From Blepharisma stoltei ATCC 30299 (Eukaryota; Protista; Ciliophora), in the NCBI GenBank assembly GCA_965603825.1, contig CBFDEM010000064.1:124001-188000 (forward strand): a stretch of DNA of 64,000 nucleotides. Reading direction: 5' to 3'. The position numbers were made by a program, and so were the translations under genes. Below, in pieces: positions 11,193 through 23,720 of this stretch (position 1 is the stretch's first letter; the number at the start of each line of letters is the position of its first letter). Below the pieces are notes generated by a model. That model saw only the letters and a program-made list of their open reading frames with translations, was not told the origin of the DNA and ran no database searches.

Positions 11193-13367
11193 TTATTTTC
11201 TCCTCTTCATGGCCCTTTTGTCTTTTTTCAGCCTTCTGTCCACAAATTTCAAATTTCTTCCTCCTTTCCTCAGGTTTTTTCTGTCCTTATGGAAAACTCT
11301 GCTTACTATATATCGCTTCTTGGGCTCGTTTCTCTTGATTTCTTTTCTGTATAAGCTTTGCAGCTGCTTTACTTTTAGTGCTTCAGAAATATCTGTTTGG
11401 TTTGCGATGGCTTCAGCCTTAGGTTTCAGATTTTCTAACTTGTGGGCGAGTTTTCGTTTTCGCCTGCCTATAGCTTCTAGAACTTTTTTAATAGGTCTTT
11501 TGTCGTTTTCTTTGACTTGGGCCCAAGCTTCTTTCATCTCTTCGGGAGTTAGGGGGAGAGAAGCTTGATAGTGCTGCTTTTGGTCATCTACAAACCAATC
11601 AGGGAGGCCTTTTGGATCTTCAAAATTGTATCTGTTATATGTGGAGTCCATTATTTCTCTCCTGCGTTTTTTCCTTAGCATTGCAGTGCCTAGTGCTATA
11701 GTTTCTGCTAAAGCTTCAGGGTCTTCAGCTTCTTTATACTCTTGTGGGACGACTTCGAAATCAAGCTTGTTCTCTTTTTCCTTTTCTTTCAAGTCTTTTT
11801 TATTTCTTCTTTCTTTTTTCTTTTTCTTTTTCTTTTCTTGAGGGATTTCTTCTTGGAAGTCAGTAATGTCTTCGAATTCTTCTCTTTGGAACCATCTGCT
11901 TGCGGTTTCCTTTTTCATGCTTTCTTCAATTATTTGTCCTAGGCCTTCTTCTTCATTGACTTCTCCTTCAGCTTCGTTTCCTTCTTCATCTAATTTTCTT
12001 CTTTTTCTGATTTTATCATCTTCATAGGCGGCATTTAGTGACTCCTCCATTTGTTTGATTCTCTCAGTTTCGTCTTCAAACTCCATGTCTTGATCTTCTT
12101 CATAGAAAAGATCCTCTTTTTCCTCTTCTGGGTCTGTATAATCAGCCTCTTCAATATCCATGTTGCTAATTGTAGGATCTTCAATTGTGAATAATTGTTC
12201 TTGGCCTTCATATGGGTCATCTATATGAATTTTTGCTTTTTTTGATTTTTTTTCGTTTTCAAGCTGCTTTTTTAATTTTTTCTTTTCTTTTTTGTTAGCT
12301 TTTTCTACAAGTTCATCGAGTTCTTCTTCAGAATTAAGCTCATGCTCAGGCTCTACAACAGTTTCTGTAGCCTTTTCTCGATTAAGAATTGTAACAACTC
12401 TTGATCGCCATTTAAGTAAATTTTTTAGCTCAGAGCGGCCTAGGAGTTTGGTATCTTTTATATAGTCATAAAAGATGGACTCTGGAGCTTCTAATTCTAA
12501 ATACCTTTTGGATTCTTCATCATTAATAGTAAACTCATTAAAATCGGCTATGAACTGATAAGGATTCTGACAGTCAACAAATTCAGATAATGGAGCTTTT
12601 CTATGTTGCCCCAAACCTTTTTCAAGGTGCACAGAAATGCTGTGCTTTTTGACAGCTTCAGGTAGAAGCTGCCTTAGTGAGTGGATATTATTTTTATCAA
12701 TGATATCTTCACTTTCCATAAATACGTATTTTGAGTCAAGTAATTTTGGGTCAATGCTTTTAGGTGCTTTATATTTTTGACATACCACAAAAATTTCAGC
12801 TGAAGTGTTTCTACTTGCCATAGGCTTGGTAGCTGTGACTTTTTCAAAGAGTTTTCCAAAAACCCATAACAAAGAATTGTAATCGACTGACCTAAAGACC
12901 TTTGTTACAAAAACCCCATCTTTTTTAAGAAACTGTGTAGCAAGTTTAAGTGATGCTAAAACAAGCTCATTCTGTGTATAAGCGTCTTGTTCCCAACTGG
13001 TACCGACGTTTGGTGCTCCATCATGGATAACAACATCAGCTTTTAGATGTTTTATTTCAGATTTCAGCCTTGCGACACATTGTTTGGACGTGATATCGCC
13101 TACAAATGTAGTCACCCCTTTGATTGGTTTTATAGGGACAAGATCTACACCAAGGATCAGGCTTGCCACAGGCATGTTATTAGCTGCCACTTGTAGCCAC
13201 CCACCTGGGGCTGCACATAAGTCAATTAACACATGAGCAGCGTTAAGGATATCGAACTTTTTATTCAATTGGATTAGTTTAAAAGCTGCACGAGATCGGT
13301 AACCTTGTTCTTTGGCTAAATGATAATATTTGTCAAGCCTGCTTTTTGCCTTTCCCTTTTTTACCAT
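11193..13367 (-). CDS. SPB1: rRNA 2'-O-methyltransferase SPB1/FTSJ3
   Basis: RLDKYYHLAKEQGYRSRAAFKLIQL, DLCAAPGGW, HDGAPNVG, C-terminal VDRRLKKDKRA. Confidence 0.97.
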   Translation of the reverse strand: MVKKGKAKSRLDKYYHLAKEQGYRSRAAFKLIQLNKKFDILNAAHVLIDLCAAPGGWLQVAANNMPVASLILGVDLVPIKPIKGVTTFVGDITSKQCVARLKSEIKHLKADVVIHDGAPNVGTSWEQDAYTQNELVLASLKLATQFLKKDGVFVTKVFRSVDYNSLLWVFGKLFEKVTATKPMASRNTSAEIFVVCQKYKAPKSIDPKLLDSKYVFMESEDIIDKNNIHSLRQLLPEAVKKHSISVHLEKGLGQHRKAPLSEFVDCQNPYQFIADFNEFTINDEESKRYLELEAPESIFYDYIKDTKLLGRSELKNLLKWRSRVVTILNREKATETVVEPEHELNSEEELDELVEKANKKEKKKLKKQLENEKKSKKAKIHIDDPYEGQEQLFTIEDPTISNMDIEEADYTDPEEEKEDLFYEEDQDMEFEDETERIKQMEESLNAAYEDDKIRKRRKLDEEGNEAEGEVNEEEGLGQIIEESMKKETASRWFQREEFEDITDFQEEIPQEKKKKKKKERRNKKDLKEKEKENKLDFEVVPQEYKEAEDPEALAETIALGTAMLRKKRRREIMDSTYNRYNFEDPKGLPDWFVDDQKQHYQASLPLTPEEMKEAWAQVKENDKRPIKKVLEAIGRRKRKLAHKLENLKPKAEAIANQTDISEALKVKQLQSLYRKEIKRNEPKKRYIVSRVFHKDRKNLRKGGRNLKFVDRRLKKDKRAMKRRK

Positions 13368-13561
13368 TTATAAGGGATCCTAGCCAGATAATTTGTAATT
13401 TAATTTGATATGACTTTTATCTCCTCTATTTGGGCTTAAAAACGTATTTTTAATAATTTCAGCCTGGGAAAATTGAAAAAGATAAGCCCTTTTAAAGCCT
13501 TAATAACCAGACTTAATGCCTTAAAAATTAATCGAAGACTTCAGATTTTTAATAATTATGG

Positions 13562-14044
13562 TTAAATTACATAGCTTAAGTATTTTTCGTATGATCCTAC
13601 CCATTCTTTAAGGAACTTTGGTAGCACTCTTAATGTGATTTTATCATATATAGGGTATCTCAACAAATACAATTCCCATCTTCCTTTGTCAGCTAAAATA
13701 TCCAGGACGAGACTGACGAAAAATGGCTTTAGTGATCTTCTTCCCCATATTAATACTGCAACAATATATAGAAAAGGCCGAATAATCCTGAAAAAATTGC
13801 GCATATAGGCAAGCAGATTTGGTAGGTTTTTCTCTAATGGTCTGTGAGCTTTATTTTGTGGCTTAAGCCCTGCAATCAGTTTTGGGATTTCTGCAAGCAT
13901 AATTAATTGGTACTGGATATGGGAAGGAATTTTTTTCTTGGTTAAAAGGTCGAGGAGTTCTTGGAAGATTTCAAAAGCTTTATATAATGCATGCTTTTCA
14001 CCTTTAAGACTTGGGAGTCTGCTAAGAAGAAATAAAGCTTCCAT
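13562..14044 (-). CDS. PEX16: Peroxisomal membrane protein PEX16-like (short)
   Basis: IIRPFLY..A...WGRRSLKPFFVSLVLD...LYLLRYPIYD resembles the Pex16 core (RP..Y...SW.PW..SL..D...YLLRSPFYD). Confidence 0.65.
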   Translation of the reverse strand: MEALFLLSRLPSLKGEKHALYKAFEIFQELLDLLTKKKIPSHIQYQLIMLAEIPKLIAGLKPQNKAHRPLEKNLPNLLAYMRNFFRIIRPFLYIVAVLIWGRRSLKPFFVSLVLDILADKGRWELYLLRYPIYDKITLRVLPKFLKEWVGSYEKYLSYVI

Positions 14045-14349
14045 TTATAATAAAGATCGTAAAAACTCTAATAATCATAAATTTCTTATTAAATTTAAAT
14101 GTGCGGCTTATTAGAAATAAAAACTATTTGTATATCTATTAGAACTAAAAAATCTAATTTATATGAAAAAGCTAAATTTTATTGACTCTAGTGGTTTCTA
14201 ATATTGCAGTAGCTTAATACTCTCCTTTACTATACAAATCTATCTAATTTTTTGTATTTCCTTCACCATTAATTCGATTTTCATATTTAATTACTCTTAA
14301 TTTTTCCTTTTGCAGCCATTTTAATCAGCTTATAATTAAGAAAATTTGA

Positions 14350-16179
14350 ATGCGAAGACTTTCAAAACCCAGCCGTCATGAAACTTCTTCAAAAGACACG
14401 TCTCCCAAAGACCGCCGAATTTTTTTCAAAAAATCTCCTACAGTAAAAAAGCCTACACATCCATTAAACAGTTCTCAACATGCAACCCCTCGCCGATCTA
14501 CCAAAGGAGCCACCATTGAGCTGAAGCCAAAAAAAGCTGCAAAACGAATAAACCTTAATTTAACAGGTGTGCCTACCTTACAATTAGGGAAAGTTACATC
14601 ACCAGCAGTCAGCACAAAAAAGCATCAGCTTTCAACGACTAGGGTTCATAAAAGAACCCTCAGTGACGGTGTGCCTGATTTCAATGCGACTGAAAGCTCT
14701 TTGCTTAATAATACAGTAAAGAGTTTTAAAAAGCCGTCAACTTCAAGAAAGCCAGGCACTAAGCAGGTTGATTGAGGAGCTGCTACACATTCTTTATTAA
14801 AAAACCATGCTTTAATGCAAAATTTTATAGAAGAAAATCCTGAAAAAATGTGGAAAAGTCTTAAACTCCCAGCAAGCCCAGGAACTATTTTAAAATCATT
14901 TATAAAAGAATTAACCACATATGAGCAAGGTGAAATTTTAGGATATCATGAAATATACTATATAGGAATTGGGGCGAAAAAAACTAAGCCAGACCCATCC
15001 TCTTGCTCTCCTAATGTAGGCTACGATGATGAAAGAGGAGATTATAATATAGTTATAGGAGATCACATAGCCTTTCGCTATGAAGTTGTAGACGTTTTAG
15101 GCCGAGGTAGCTTTGGGCAAGTCCTAAAAGTCCTTGACCACAAGTCAGGTGACGAATTTGCCCTAAAAATCATCAGAAATAAAAGCCGATTTCACCAGCA
15201 AGCCGCAGTAGAAATTGAAGTTTTAAGCTATTTAAAAGAAAAAGATCCAAAAGAAAGCCACGCGATTGTCCATATCCAGGACTATTTTACATTTAGGAAA
15301 CACATTGTAAATGATATTTAGTGTATTGCTTTTGAGCTTTTGTCAATCAATTTGTATGAATTTATCAAAAGCAACCAGTTCAAAGGCCTGAGTATGAATT
15401 TGATAAGAAGATTTGCAGTGCAAATTTTACAAGCATTAGAGCTGCTTGAGAGGTTACAGATAATTCATTGTGATTTAAAGCCAGAAAATATATTATTAAA
15501 GGAGTCTGCGCATTCTGCTATAAAAGTGATTGATTTTGGCTCTTCTTGTTTTACTAGTAAAAGAGTATACACCTATATACAGAGCAGATTTTATAGGGCG
15601 CCTGAAATTATTTTGGGTATTTCTTATTCGACAGCTATTGATATGTGGAGCTTTGGCTGCATTTTGGTGGAGCTTTATACTGGGTATCCATTATTCCCAG
15701 GCGAAAGTGAAGCTGAGCAGCTTTTATGCATAATGGAAGTGCTAGGCCTCCCATCAGAATCAGCATTTGAAAAATCTACTAGAGCCAGGCTATTTTTCGA
15801 AAAAAATGGAGAGCCAAAAATAGCCCCGAATTCTAGAGGAAAAATTCGCTATCCAAATAGCAAAAATTTGGATAATATTTTGAGAGGAGCTGATAAAACT
15901 TTTATTAGACTTGTCAAGCAATGTTTTGAGTGGGATCCTGATAAAAGAATAACGGCTTCTGAAGCTCTCGAGCATGAGTGAATTCAAGAAGCGTATAATA
16001 AGAACGGCTCAAAGCATAATACCAGCAGGGGAGGCAGTGCACAGCCGCATCAAGGCCATACATCTAGGCATGCATATAAAGCAAGTTTAGGTGAAACTAC
16101 AATTAACCCAAGCTTCCAGAATTCGATTTTAACAAATCGAAAGCCAAGGCTTCAGAACTCGTTTTTAATACCAGGATAA
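14350..16179 (+). CDS. DYRK-family kinase (class 2, DYRK2/4-like); 15-nt intron 15307-15321
   Basis: DH box YDDERGDY, GRGSFGQV, HCDLKPEN, DFGSSC, YTYIQSRFYRAPE; TGA=Trp at 14773 and 15979; TAA at 16177-16179. Confidence 0.93.
15307..15321 (+). other. 15-nt spliceosomal intron
   Basis: gtaaatgatatttag; removal gives the canonical FRKHICIAFELLSINLYE. Confidence 0.92.
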
Positions 16180-16400
16180 ATGTATTTTATGCGTATTTAT
16201 CATGTGTAATAACTAATATAAGCAGGAACGCTTTTATCTAGCACAATAATCATCGCACTAAAGCTTCCCAATTGAGCGACCTTTATAATAATAAGTTAAG
16301 GCACATTAGGTTATTATCTTTATATGAAATCCATAACGTGCAAAATAATTTTATTTAAATTTATTTACTTTTAACAGTAGATTCTGCTTAAGAATTATCT

Positions 16401-17138
16401 TTAACAGCTTTCATGCCTAACTATACACTGATTTTTATTCAATAAATCAATATAAAGTTCTCTATAATCCTTTTCCTTTACTTCTTTTTCTTCAGTCCTG
16501 ACCTCATTTTCTTCTTGGCTTGTGACAGCATTTAATAATTCTATTGGAAAAGTATCACTTAAATCGCTAGCAGTAAAATGATGAAACTTCATATTCGCCA
16601 ACAAATGTGCATCATTATATATCATGACTGGATTTTCTGACAAAATTCTTATTGAGTCTTCTTGGACATCAATATTCATTTCTCTTCCTCTTACTACTAC
16701 ACAAGGAAGCAGAACGTTTGGTTTGGTCTCTTGGGCCATATTTCGATTCAGAAGCTTATGCAGAGCTATAAAATGCAGCAAATTTTCAGTTAAAGCTTTT
16801 CTTTTTTCTTCAATCATAGCTTTTTTGGCATTCAAACTTCCTCGAACTGACCCGATTTCTTTGTCATTTGATAATCCTTGATAGCTGATTTCATTACGAA
16901 TTTTTGAAATAATATTTAAGGCATGGAGCACATTAAGTGCGTCATACACTCTTCGTTGGATATTCTTGAACTCGACTTCATAAGAACTATCAGAGTAATC
17001 TTTAAGGATTTCTTTAGCAATTTGGTTGCCTGTAGTGACGCCACCGTTTTTTACTTTTTCGAGCACTTGGCGAGACAAATTCATGAGTTTTTTGCTTCTG
17101 TCAGGTGTTGCTATAATAGAGGCGGTTTGATTATCCAT
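16401..17138 (-). CDS. E2F/DP-family transcription factor (DP-like)
   Basis: KNIQRRVYDALNVLHALNIISK winged-helix signature followed by a dimerisation coiled coil. Confidence 0.88.
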   Translation of the reverse strand: MDNQTASIIATPDRSKKLMNLSRQVLEKVKNGGVTTGNQIAKEILKDYSDSSYEVEFKNIQRRVYDALNVLHALNIISKIRNEISYQGLSNDKEIGSVRGSLNAKKAMIEEKRKALTENLLHFIALHKLLNRNMAQETKPNVLLPCVVVRGREMNIDVQEDSIRILSENPVMIYNDAHLLANMKFHHFTASDLSDTFPIELLNAVTSQEENEVRTEEKEVKEKDYRELYIDLLNKNQCIVRHESC

Positions 17139-17227
17139 AATTTTATGCACCGCCTAATATTTAAGATGGGAAATTTAGAATGATGAAGAAAAGAATGATT
17201 TTATAGAAAATAGCAAGGGATTATTTA

Positions 17228-19048
17228 TTAAGCAGTGTTTAAAGTTTCGGCTTTATTATTTGCATCAGAGTGTTTTTGCTTAAATCTTGCTAAAAAGATT
17301 GATGGGTCCTTGTTTAAAAGAGATTTAAGCTCTTTTATGACTTTATCAAGAGGGGCAAGAGTCATATTAAATTTACAATAATTATCGTATCAGTAAAGCA
17401 TCATTCCTGCGCTGATAGAAAAAAACAGATCGCTTATTTTTTCAGAAGACTCGACAATTATTTTATTGAGAATTCTCTTTTTTAAAGCTCATAGGCTGAT
17501 TGTGATTATTTTTATAGCAAGATTCCCGATTTCAATTCTGTTTTTTAGCCGCTTTTGAGCGGCAAGAATTAAGTCAAATTCAAACTGATGATTTTCACAT
17601 AAGAATAGCATTAATGTAAGCCCTAATAAGGAGCATTCTTTTTCTAGCTCTTTTGTTATTACAGTGGATCCAAAACCTAAATAAATCCAGTCTTCAGCAG
17701 AAACTGAAACTTTTTTCGTAATAGAGTGATGAACACTCATTAATATTTTTTTATGGAAATAATTGTAAATATTAAATCTCAATTTTGCAATTTTTCTTAA
17801 TGAGCAAATTTCTTTTTTCTGCGATTTTGATGGACAAAACTTTGAATTTTTCTTACAGCAGCAAAAAAATCTAGACAAGCAAAATTTCGAGCTTTGTTTT
17901 TCTTCAGGAATTGAATCTTTGATAGGATTTATCATCCTATCAATTACTCCTTTATAGGTGTAGTATAAGTCATCACTTCTCCCTAGTGCTGTTACATTTA
18001 AAGGCTCAGTCTCTTCAAATTGCTTAGAGCTAGGCATTTCAATATCAGGACCTTCTCTGAGAGCAATTGGGTTTATAAATGGTGACCTTTCAATAGAATT
18101 TCTTTGAGAGTCTATTTTATTATGCCGAGGCTCTAAAGAAAATAAAGACTGCGGGCTAATTGGCGAAAAGAATTTTGATGGAGATTCCATTTGCGAATGA
18201 ATACTTTCTACTTCTGGCATTGGATAAGCATCAGGAAGCAAAATTTCAACCTCATTTACTACAGAAAGCTCTGTAGTTAGAAGTTTTGTCTGTGCAAGGT
18301 TGGAATTGCTATGCCTCCTAGAAAAAGTTGAAAGCTGAGACTTACATGAATTCATCCTTTCTATATAATCCTCTATATCTGAATCAGCTGACATTTCTCC
18401 TCGTGGAGTCATAAATGCAGAATTGTCATGCAAAGTCGAATTTTTTGAGCGATTAGCTTCTTTTGAGCTTGATCTTGATTTTTTTTCGACTTCAATTGTT
18501 AATGATGCTCCTTTATTTGATTTTGTCCTTCTTGGAGAAATCCCAAGTAGCAGACTTTCTGATTTTCTCTCGTTATATTCAGTAAAATTTTCTCTCTCAA
18601 AATTTACTTCTATTTTAGGGATAAGTTTTATTTTTCTTGGTTGCTCAGAATTTACTTTTAAAAGAAGAGGAGGTTCTGGCTCTTCATTTTCAAGCTGCTC
18701 ATTTTCTTCTATTTTTAGAGCAATAATGGTTTCACTTTTATTCAGATCTTTTGTATTTTTTCTCTGTAGAAAGTTTTGCTGCTCTAAGTCAGCGAATTTT
18801 TCAGAGCTTGTGCTTTGGAAGTTTGCCCTTGTGGAGTCGTCTTTTTTGGAGTCGAATTCTTCTAATTCAAATTCTATGTCATTAGGATTTATAGAGGGAT
18901 TTTCAATATTTTTCAAGCTTTCAAGCTTTGCGTTTATTTCTGGGTTATCATAAATTTCTATACAAATTTCAGCTATATCTTTGTTTTCCTTGCTGCCTAT
19001 TTCTGTATGTTTAATAATTTCGAGGCTTCCATGCTCTTCTGAATGCAT
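17228..19048 (-). CDS. Protein with long disordered N-terminus and C-terminal ELMO/CED-12-like domain
   Basis: H..IL......W..LGF......LGL..MLF pattern; reads through TGAs to TAA at 17228-17230; start uncertain (19048 or 19102). Confidence 0.6.
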
Positions 19049-19293
19049 TTTACAGCGACAATTATAATGGTTTAAAAGATCTAGATTTATTATAATCAAC
19101 ATGAAGATCAAGAATTAATATTTCGAGAGAGAAGTTTTATGATATAGGTTCTAAAAAAGAACTATATCCATTGGCAATTTTATTGATAAATTAATCTATA
19201 TGGATCTTTATAAATGGTAATATTTGAGAGAAGTTTGCATTATATGCATAAAAAATAAAAAACTAAAATAAAAAGAAATCATTCCAATTAGTC

Positions 19294-21696
19294 TTATTCA
19301 TCTTTTTTCTCATTTTCGCTCATAATCATTTCAATAGTCGGAATTACATTATCAGGAATATCACAAACCTTAAAGCTCTTCAGTCCCCATTTCCCAATTC
19401 CATTTCTAATTAAAGCTCTTGCAAACGCTCTAGGTGTAATCCTTGGCCTTTCACTGCTTATTTCTGAAGCTTCTCTTATCAGCTGCATCATTTTTTGCTG
19501 CGAAATGGTGCGATCAATTTTTCTAGCTTCATACTCAAACTGGCTTGGATCTAAATAGTCATATTTCCCTACAATATTCATAATAAAGGCTGCATCTCTT
19601 CTTTGTCTTATCATAAAAACTTCGGTAAGAGCATTTAAAAATGACGATTTTGAAATTATATATTTCCCACTTTTATTTTGGTTCGTAAAAGATTTCATGT
19701 TTACCATGGATAAAAAGGTTTCTTTTCTGAATTTCCCTTCATTATAAATGTCAAGTTTTTCAAAAAACTTTTTTATTCCATCTGGAGTGACCCAAAGATC
19801 TAAAATTGTTCTGCAGCCTTTAATAAATTCAATACAGTTGATTGCACAGTCTCCGTTTTTATCAAGCAGCCCATATAGGCCTTCTGGAGATTTGCCAAGT
19901 TTAGCCATTTTATGGAGAAGCTTATAGGCAACTAGCTCTTCTATAGGAATATTTTTAGGCTTCATTAGTTCTAGTGCTAAAGTGCCTCCTTCTCTATCAC
20001 CAGCAAAGGCACGATAAATGTACTCAAAAACATCTGTAAGATAAGCATAGCCCCCTGATGCTGCATACTCTAAAGCTTCCCCTTTTTTAACTACTACTTT
20101 TTTCCCAGTTTTATGCTCCAGAGCGATTTTGATTTTTTCATATCTGTCATTCATGACACAAAAATCGCCCCTCACTTTGACAAGATATAATGCAAGATAA
20201 AAAGGAATCGGCTGAGGATGAAAAATTTGCAATAGTCTGCAATAGAGCGTTCCATAAGAATTTCCTTCTGCCAATTGTTGTTGCAAAGCTGGTATTAGTT
20301 GTGACAAATTTTTCATGGCAAGCTTTGGAATTCCAAAAACTCTTGTTAAATGTTCTATTAAAAACTCAGTCATTAGCCTTGGTTTTCTGCCGTCTGCAAT
20401 ATCTTTTAAGTCAACCTTCAATTTGCTGTTCATAAGCTCTTCTAAAAATTTAAACATGTTAGCGGGTGGCATAGGTTTTTCATTACTTAAGTTTGCTTCT
20501 TTTAAAGCACTTATTATTGCATTGTTTCCTAATAAATAATTAGCTTCTTCTTCTATAAGTGCAGTGTCTTCTACATCATGGAGAATAATTTCATCTTCTT
20601 CGTCTAATTCTTCAGGTTCTTCTTCTGCAAACCATCTCCATCTTTTAAAAGCAGTATCAAGGCTATTTGAAATAAGTGAAGCTAACCTGCTCATAAATAA
20701 TTTTTTCATTTTTTCAGTTGATTGACTATGCAATTCGTCATATTCTTGATTTATTATATTTAAAGAACTTTCACCAGCTTCTAATTTTTCGTTTAATTCA
20801 GTGATTTTGGTAGTCAGAGAATTTAAAATTTCTTCTTGGTCTGATAAAGCGCCTTCTATATGGACATTTTCCCAAAATTTTACGTTTTGGACTAATACTG
20901 CCTCATGCTGCTTAAGCTGTATAATTTTTTCTTCGAGGCTTTCACATATTTTAACTGTTTCCAATGACTCTTTATGAATCCTTTCTACACTATTTTTTTG
21001 TTGTTTCTTCAAGAAAACTTCATTGATTTTGTCATTTAATTTTTCTTCAAAGTCCTCTATATCTTCTTGGGTCACTTTGTTCTCCTGACAGTATTTTTCT
21101 AAAATTTTTATATCATTGCTTATTTCTGCTGTTTTATTAGCTTTTTCTTTTATAGCAGCTTTATATTGTTTTATTTCTTCACTATCAAATTTTCCATCAG
21201 GTCTTTTTTCCAGCTCCCATTTATTTTTGATGTCTATAGTTTCTTGTTTTATTCTTTCGATTTCTCTTTTAGCTTCTTCAATTTCATCTTCTTTTTCTTT
21301 CTTTTTTTCAGTGTAGTTTTGAAAGCCTATTTTTCTATTGAGAACTTCGAATTCTTTATCGAATTCGCATCGGGATACTAAATTCATAGCTAAATTTTTG
21401 AAATCTTTCGAGCTATTGCTGCTTAGGTTCTCTTCTTTATTTTTTAGCTGGGTTAAAAGAAATGATAAATATTGGTCAGATCCAACAGTTTTCGAGTATT
21501 CTTGAAGTTTAGAGTTAATTTCCAATGATTTTTCTGAGTTCATTTTTTCGATTCATGAGAGAAGATCAACTAATTTGCAGCTTATTGTGTCTTCTACTTT
21601 ATTTTGAACTGAAATGGTGTTTGCTTGGCTAATGATGAAGGAGACTGGAGAAGTCGGGTCGAATAAATTGGTTTCTCTGTTTATAGGGTCTGTCAT
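19294..21696 (-). CDS. Coiled-coil plus EF-hand protein (800 aa)
   Basis: LDKNGDCAINCIEF and LDIYNEGKFRKETF EF-hand-like loops; frame extends upstream through a TGA to ATG 21696. Confidence 0.8.
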
Positions 21697-22368
21697 ATAT
21701 TATAATGAAAAAAATAAAACGAAGAATTAGGATGTTTTGGCTATTTTATACTAAAATTAATTAATAATTATATCTAATCACATAAAAGATATATTAAATT
21801 GAAGATTATTCACTATTTTGAATAATTTTATTTTTCAATTAGGCTATTAATTATTCTTTTAATATTTCTTTAAACTTATAAAATTCCAAATTTGCCATTT
21901 ATTGAAATAATATAATGCAATAAATTTAATCATCATGGCAATGCTATCATTTAATAAAATCACTTGGAAAGAAAGATTTCAACACTAAGTTCTACCAGCA
22001 AGCCCAGCTGGTTGCTGAATCAGAACTGTTTCGTCATTTATTTTTAAAAGATAAGCTATGATTAAGCTAAAAGGTGTCTGACAATTACAGAATTTTATTT
22101 TGCGCATCAGAAAAATCGACAGAATTAGGTTACAGCTATAGTAAACCCTTAGAAAATTAAAAATAATGGATAAAAGAAATCAAGGAATAATGATTTTTAT
22201 AAATTGTACGACAGCTTTATGAAGAAGAAAAAATTTACTTAGTTGTCTGTCCCACCTTTATGAGGAAACTAATAAATTCATTTAATTTTTGAAATTCCTA
22301 CAGCTTAAAAATCATCAAAAATATCTATTCATCATATAAATGAGGAGTCTTATATTATATTAATATTA

Positions 22369-22968
22369 ATGGAGCAGAACAACACAAATACCAATAACGA
22401 AGAAAATATATCAGTGGTGCCACTTGTCACAAGTAATTTCACTGATTACTTTGAAGACATCCTACATAATGATGCAGCTTCTCTACTATTTCAATCAGAA
22501 GTTGACGAAAAAGATATCAAAATATTGTTGAAGCAAATTAAGCTTTCCCTCAAAGACCATAATCTTTCTACTAGAAATAAAGAACTATTATCGCAATCAG
22601 GTCAAATTAAATGCAATGATAAGTCTTTCTCAGAAGATTTTGATGGTTTTGAACCCCCAGAATTAATTTATAACGAACTTAGTAAGGTCGGATATACCTT
22701 TTATAATTCGGATTCAAAAAATAAGTGAAAAATTGGCCATGTATTGACGAAAATTGCAGCGGAAAATGGTAATGGAGAAGCCATGCACAACTTAGGCATT
22801 GATTATATGCGTGGTCTTGGATGTGAAAAGAATCTAAAATTAGCTTGCAAGTGGCTATCTAAATCATCTGTCAAAGGAATTGGCTTATCAAAGTCAAAGC
22901 TGGAAGAAGCTTTAAGGATGGCAAAAGCAGAAGAGGAAGAGAAAAATTCGAAATGCATGATATTTTAA
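22369..22968 (+). CDS. Sel1-like repeat protein with C-terminal CaaX (CMIF)
   Basis: AAENGNGEAMHNLGIDYMRGLGCEKNLKLACKWLSKS; TGA 22726 read as Trp joins the two ORFs. Confidence 0.82.
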
Positions 22969-23720
22969 TAATTAAATATAAGCAATATCACTCTCTATTT
23001 AAACATGAGCTGGGTGACCTTAAAAATGGTTGAATTCCAGGTGCTGCATTAGGAATTAGAGTGATTTAATTCTGATTTGATGTGTTTTCGTGCTAATTTT
23101 TGAAATTCTTGCTATTAAAAATTTTAATCATATATCAAGAAAATTATAAACAAATATATGATCATAATTATTTAAATATATTATTTAGTCTTTAGATATT
23201 GCAATAGACTTGGTTAAAATAGCTTTTTATTAACTAATCCAAGAATATTTTAAATGTTTTGAATTTACAGTTTAAATCACAATCCTTTTTTTAATGCAAA
23301 TAATCAATTATGATTTTAAGCTTTTGCCCACTATTTTATCATAATGCATAAGGTTAATTTCACCCATTTTTAAAAGTCTTTGTGACGTCTACTCTTTCTT
23401 GGCAAAAATTATATCCAAGCTTTTTTGCTTATTTTGCTTTATTAAGGCAATAAGTATATGAAGCGAGAATTTATGTACTCAAAATCCAATTCCATGCAAT
23501 TTCTTAGAAGCCCAATGAATATTCGTTATTCTAATCGTCAATACTAGAAGCCCATACCCTTCCTTATATAATCTTAAGCCTGCCCTCTACAATTTAACTT
23601 AATTTTACCATCAAATTTAGATTAATTTTCTCTTCTTGAATTAAAAATTATATTTTCATACTTCTATTCAAACTTGTTGAACATATTCTGATCACCAATA
23701 TGGGCTGTCATAATAATAAA

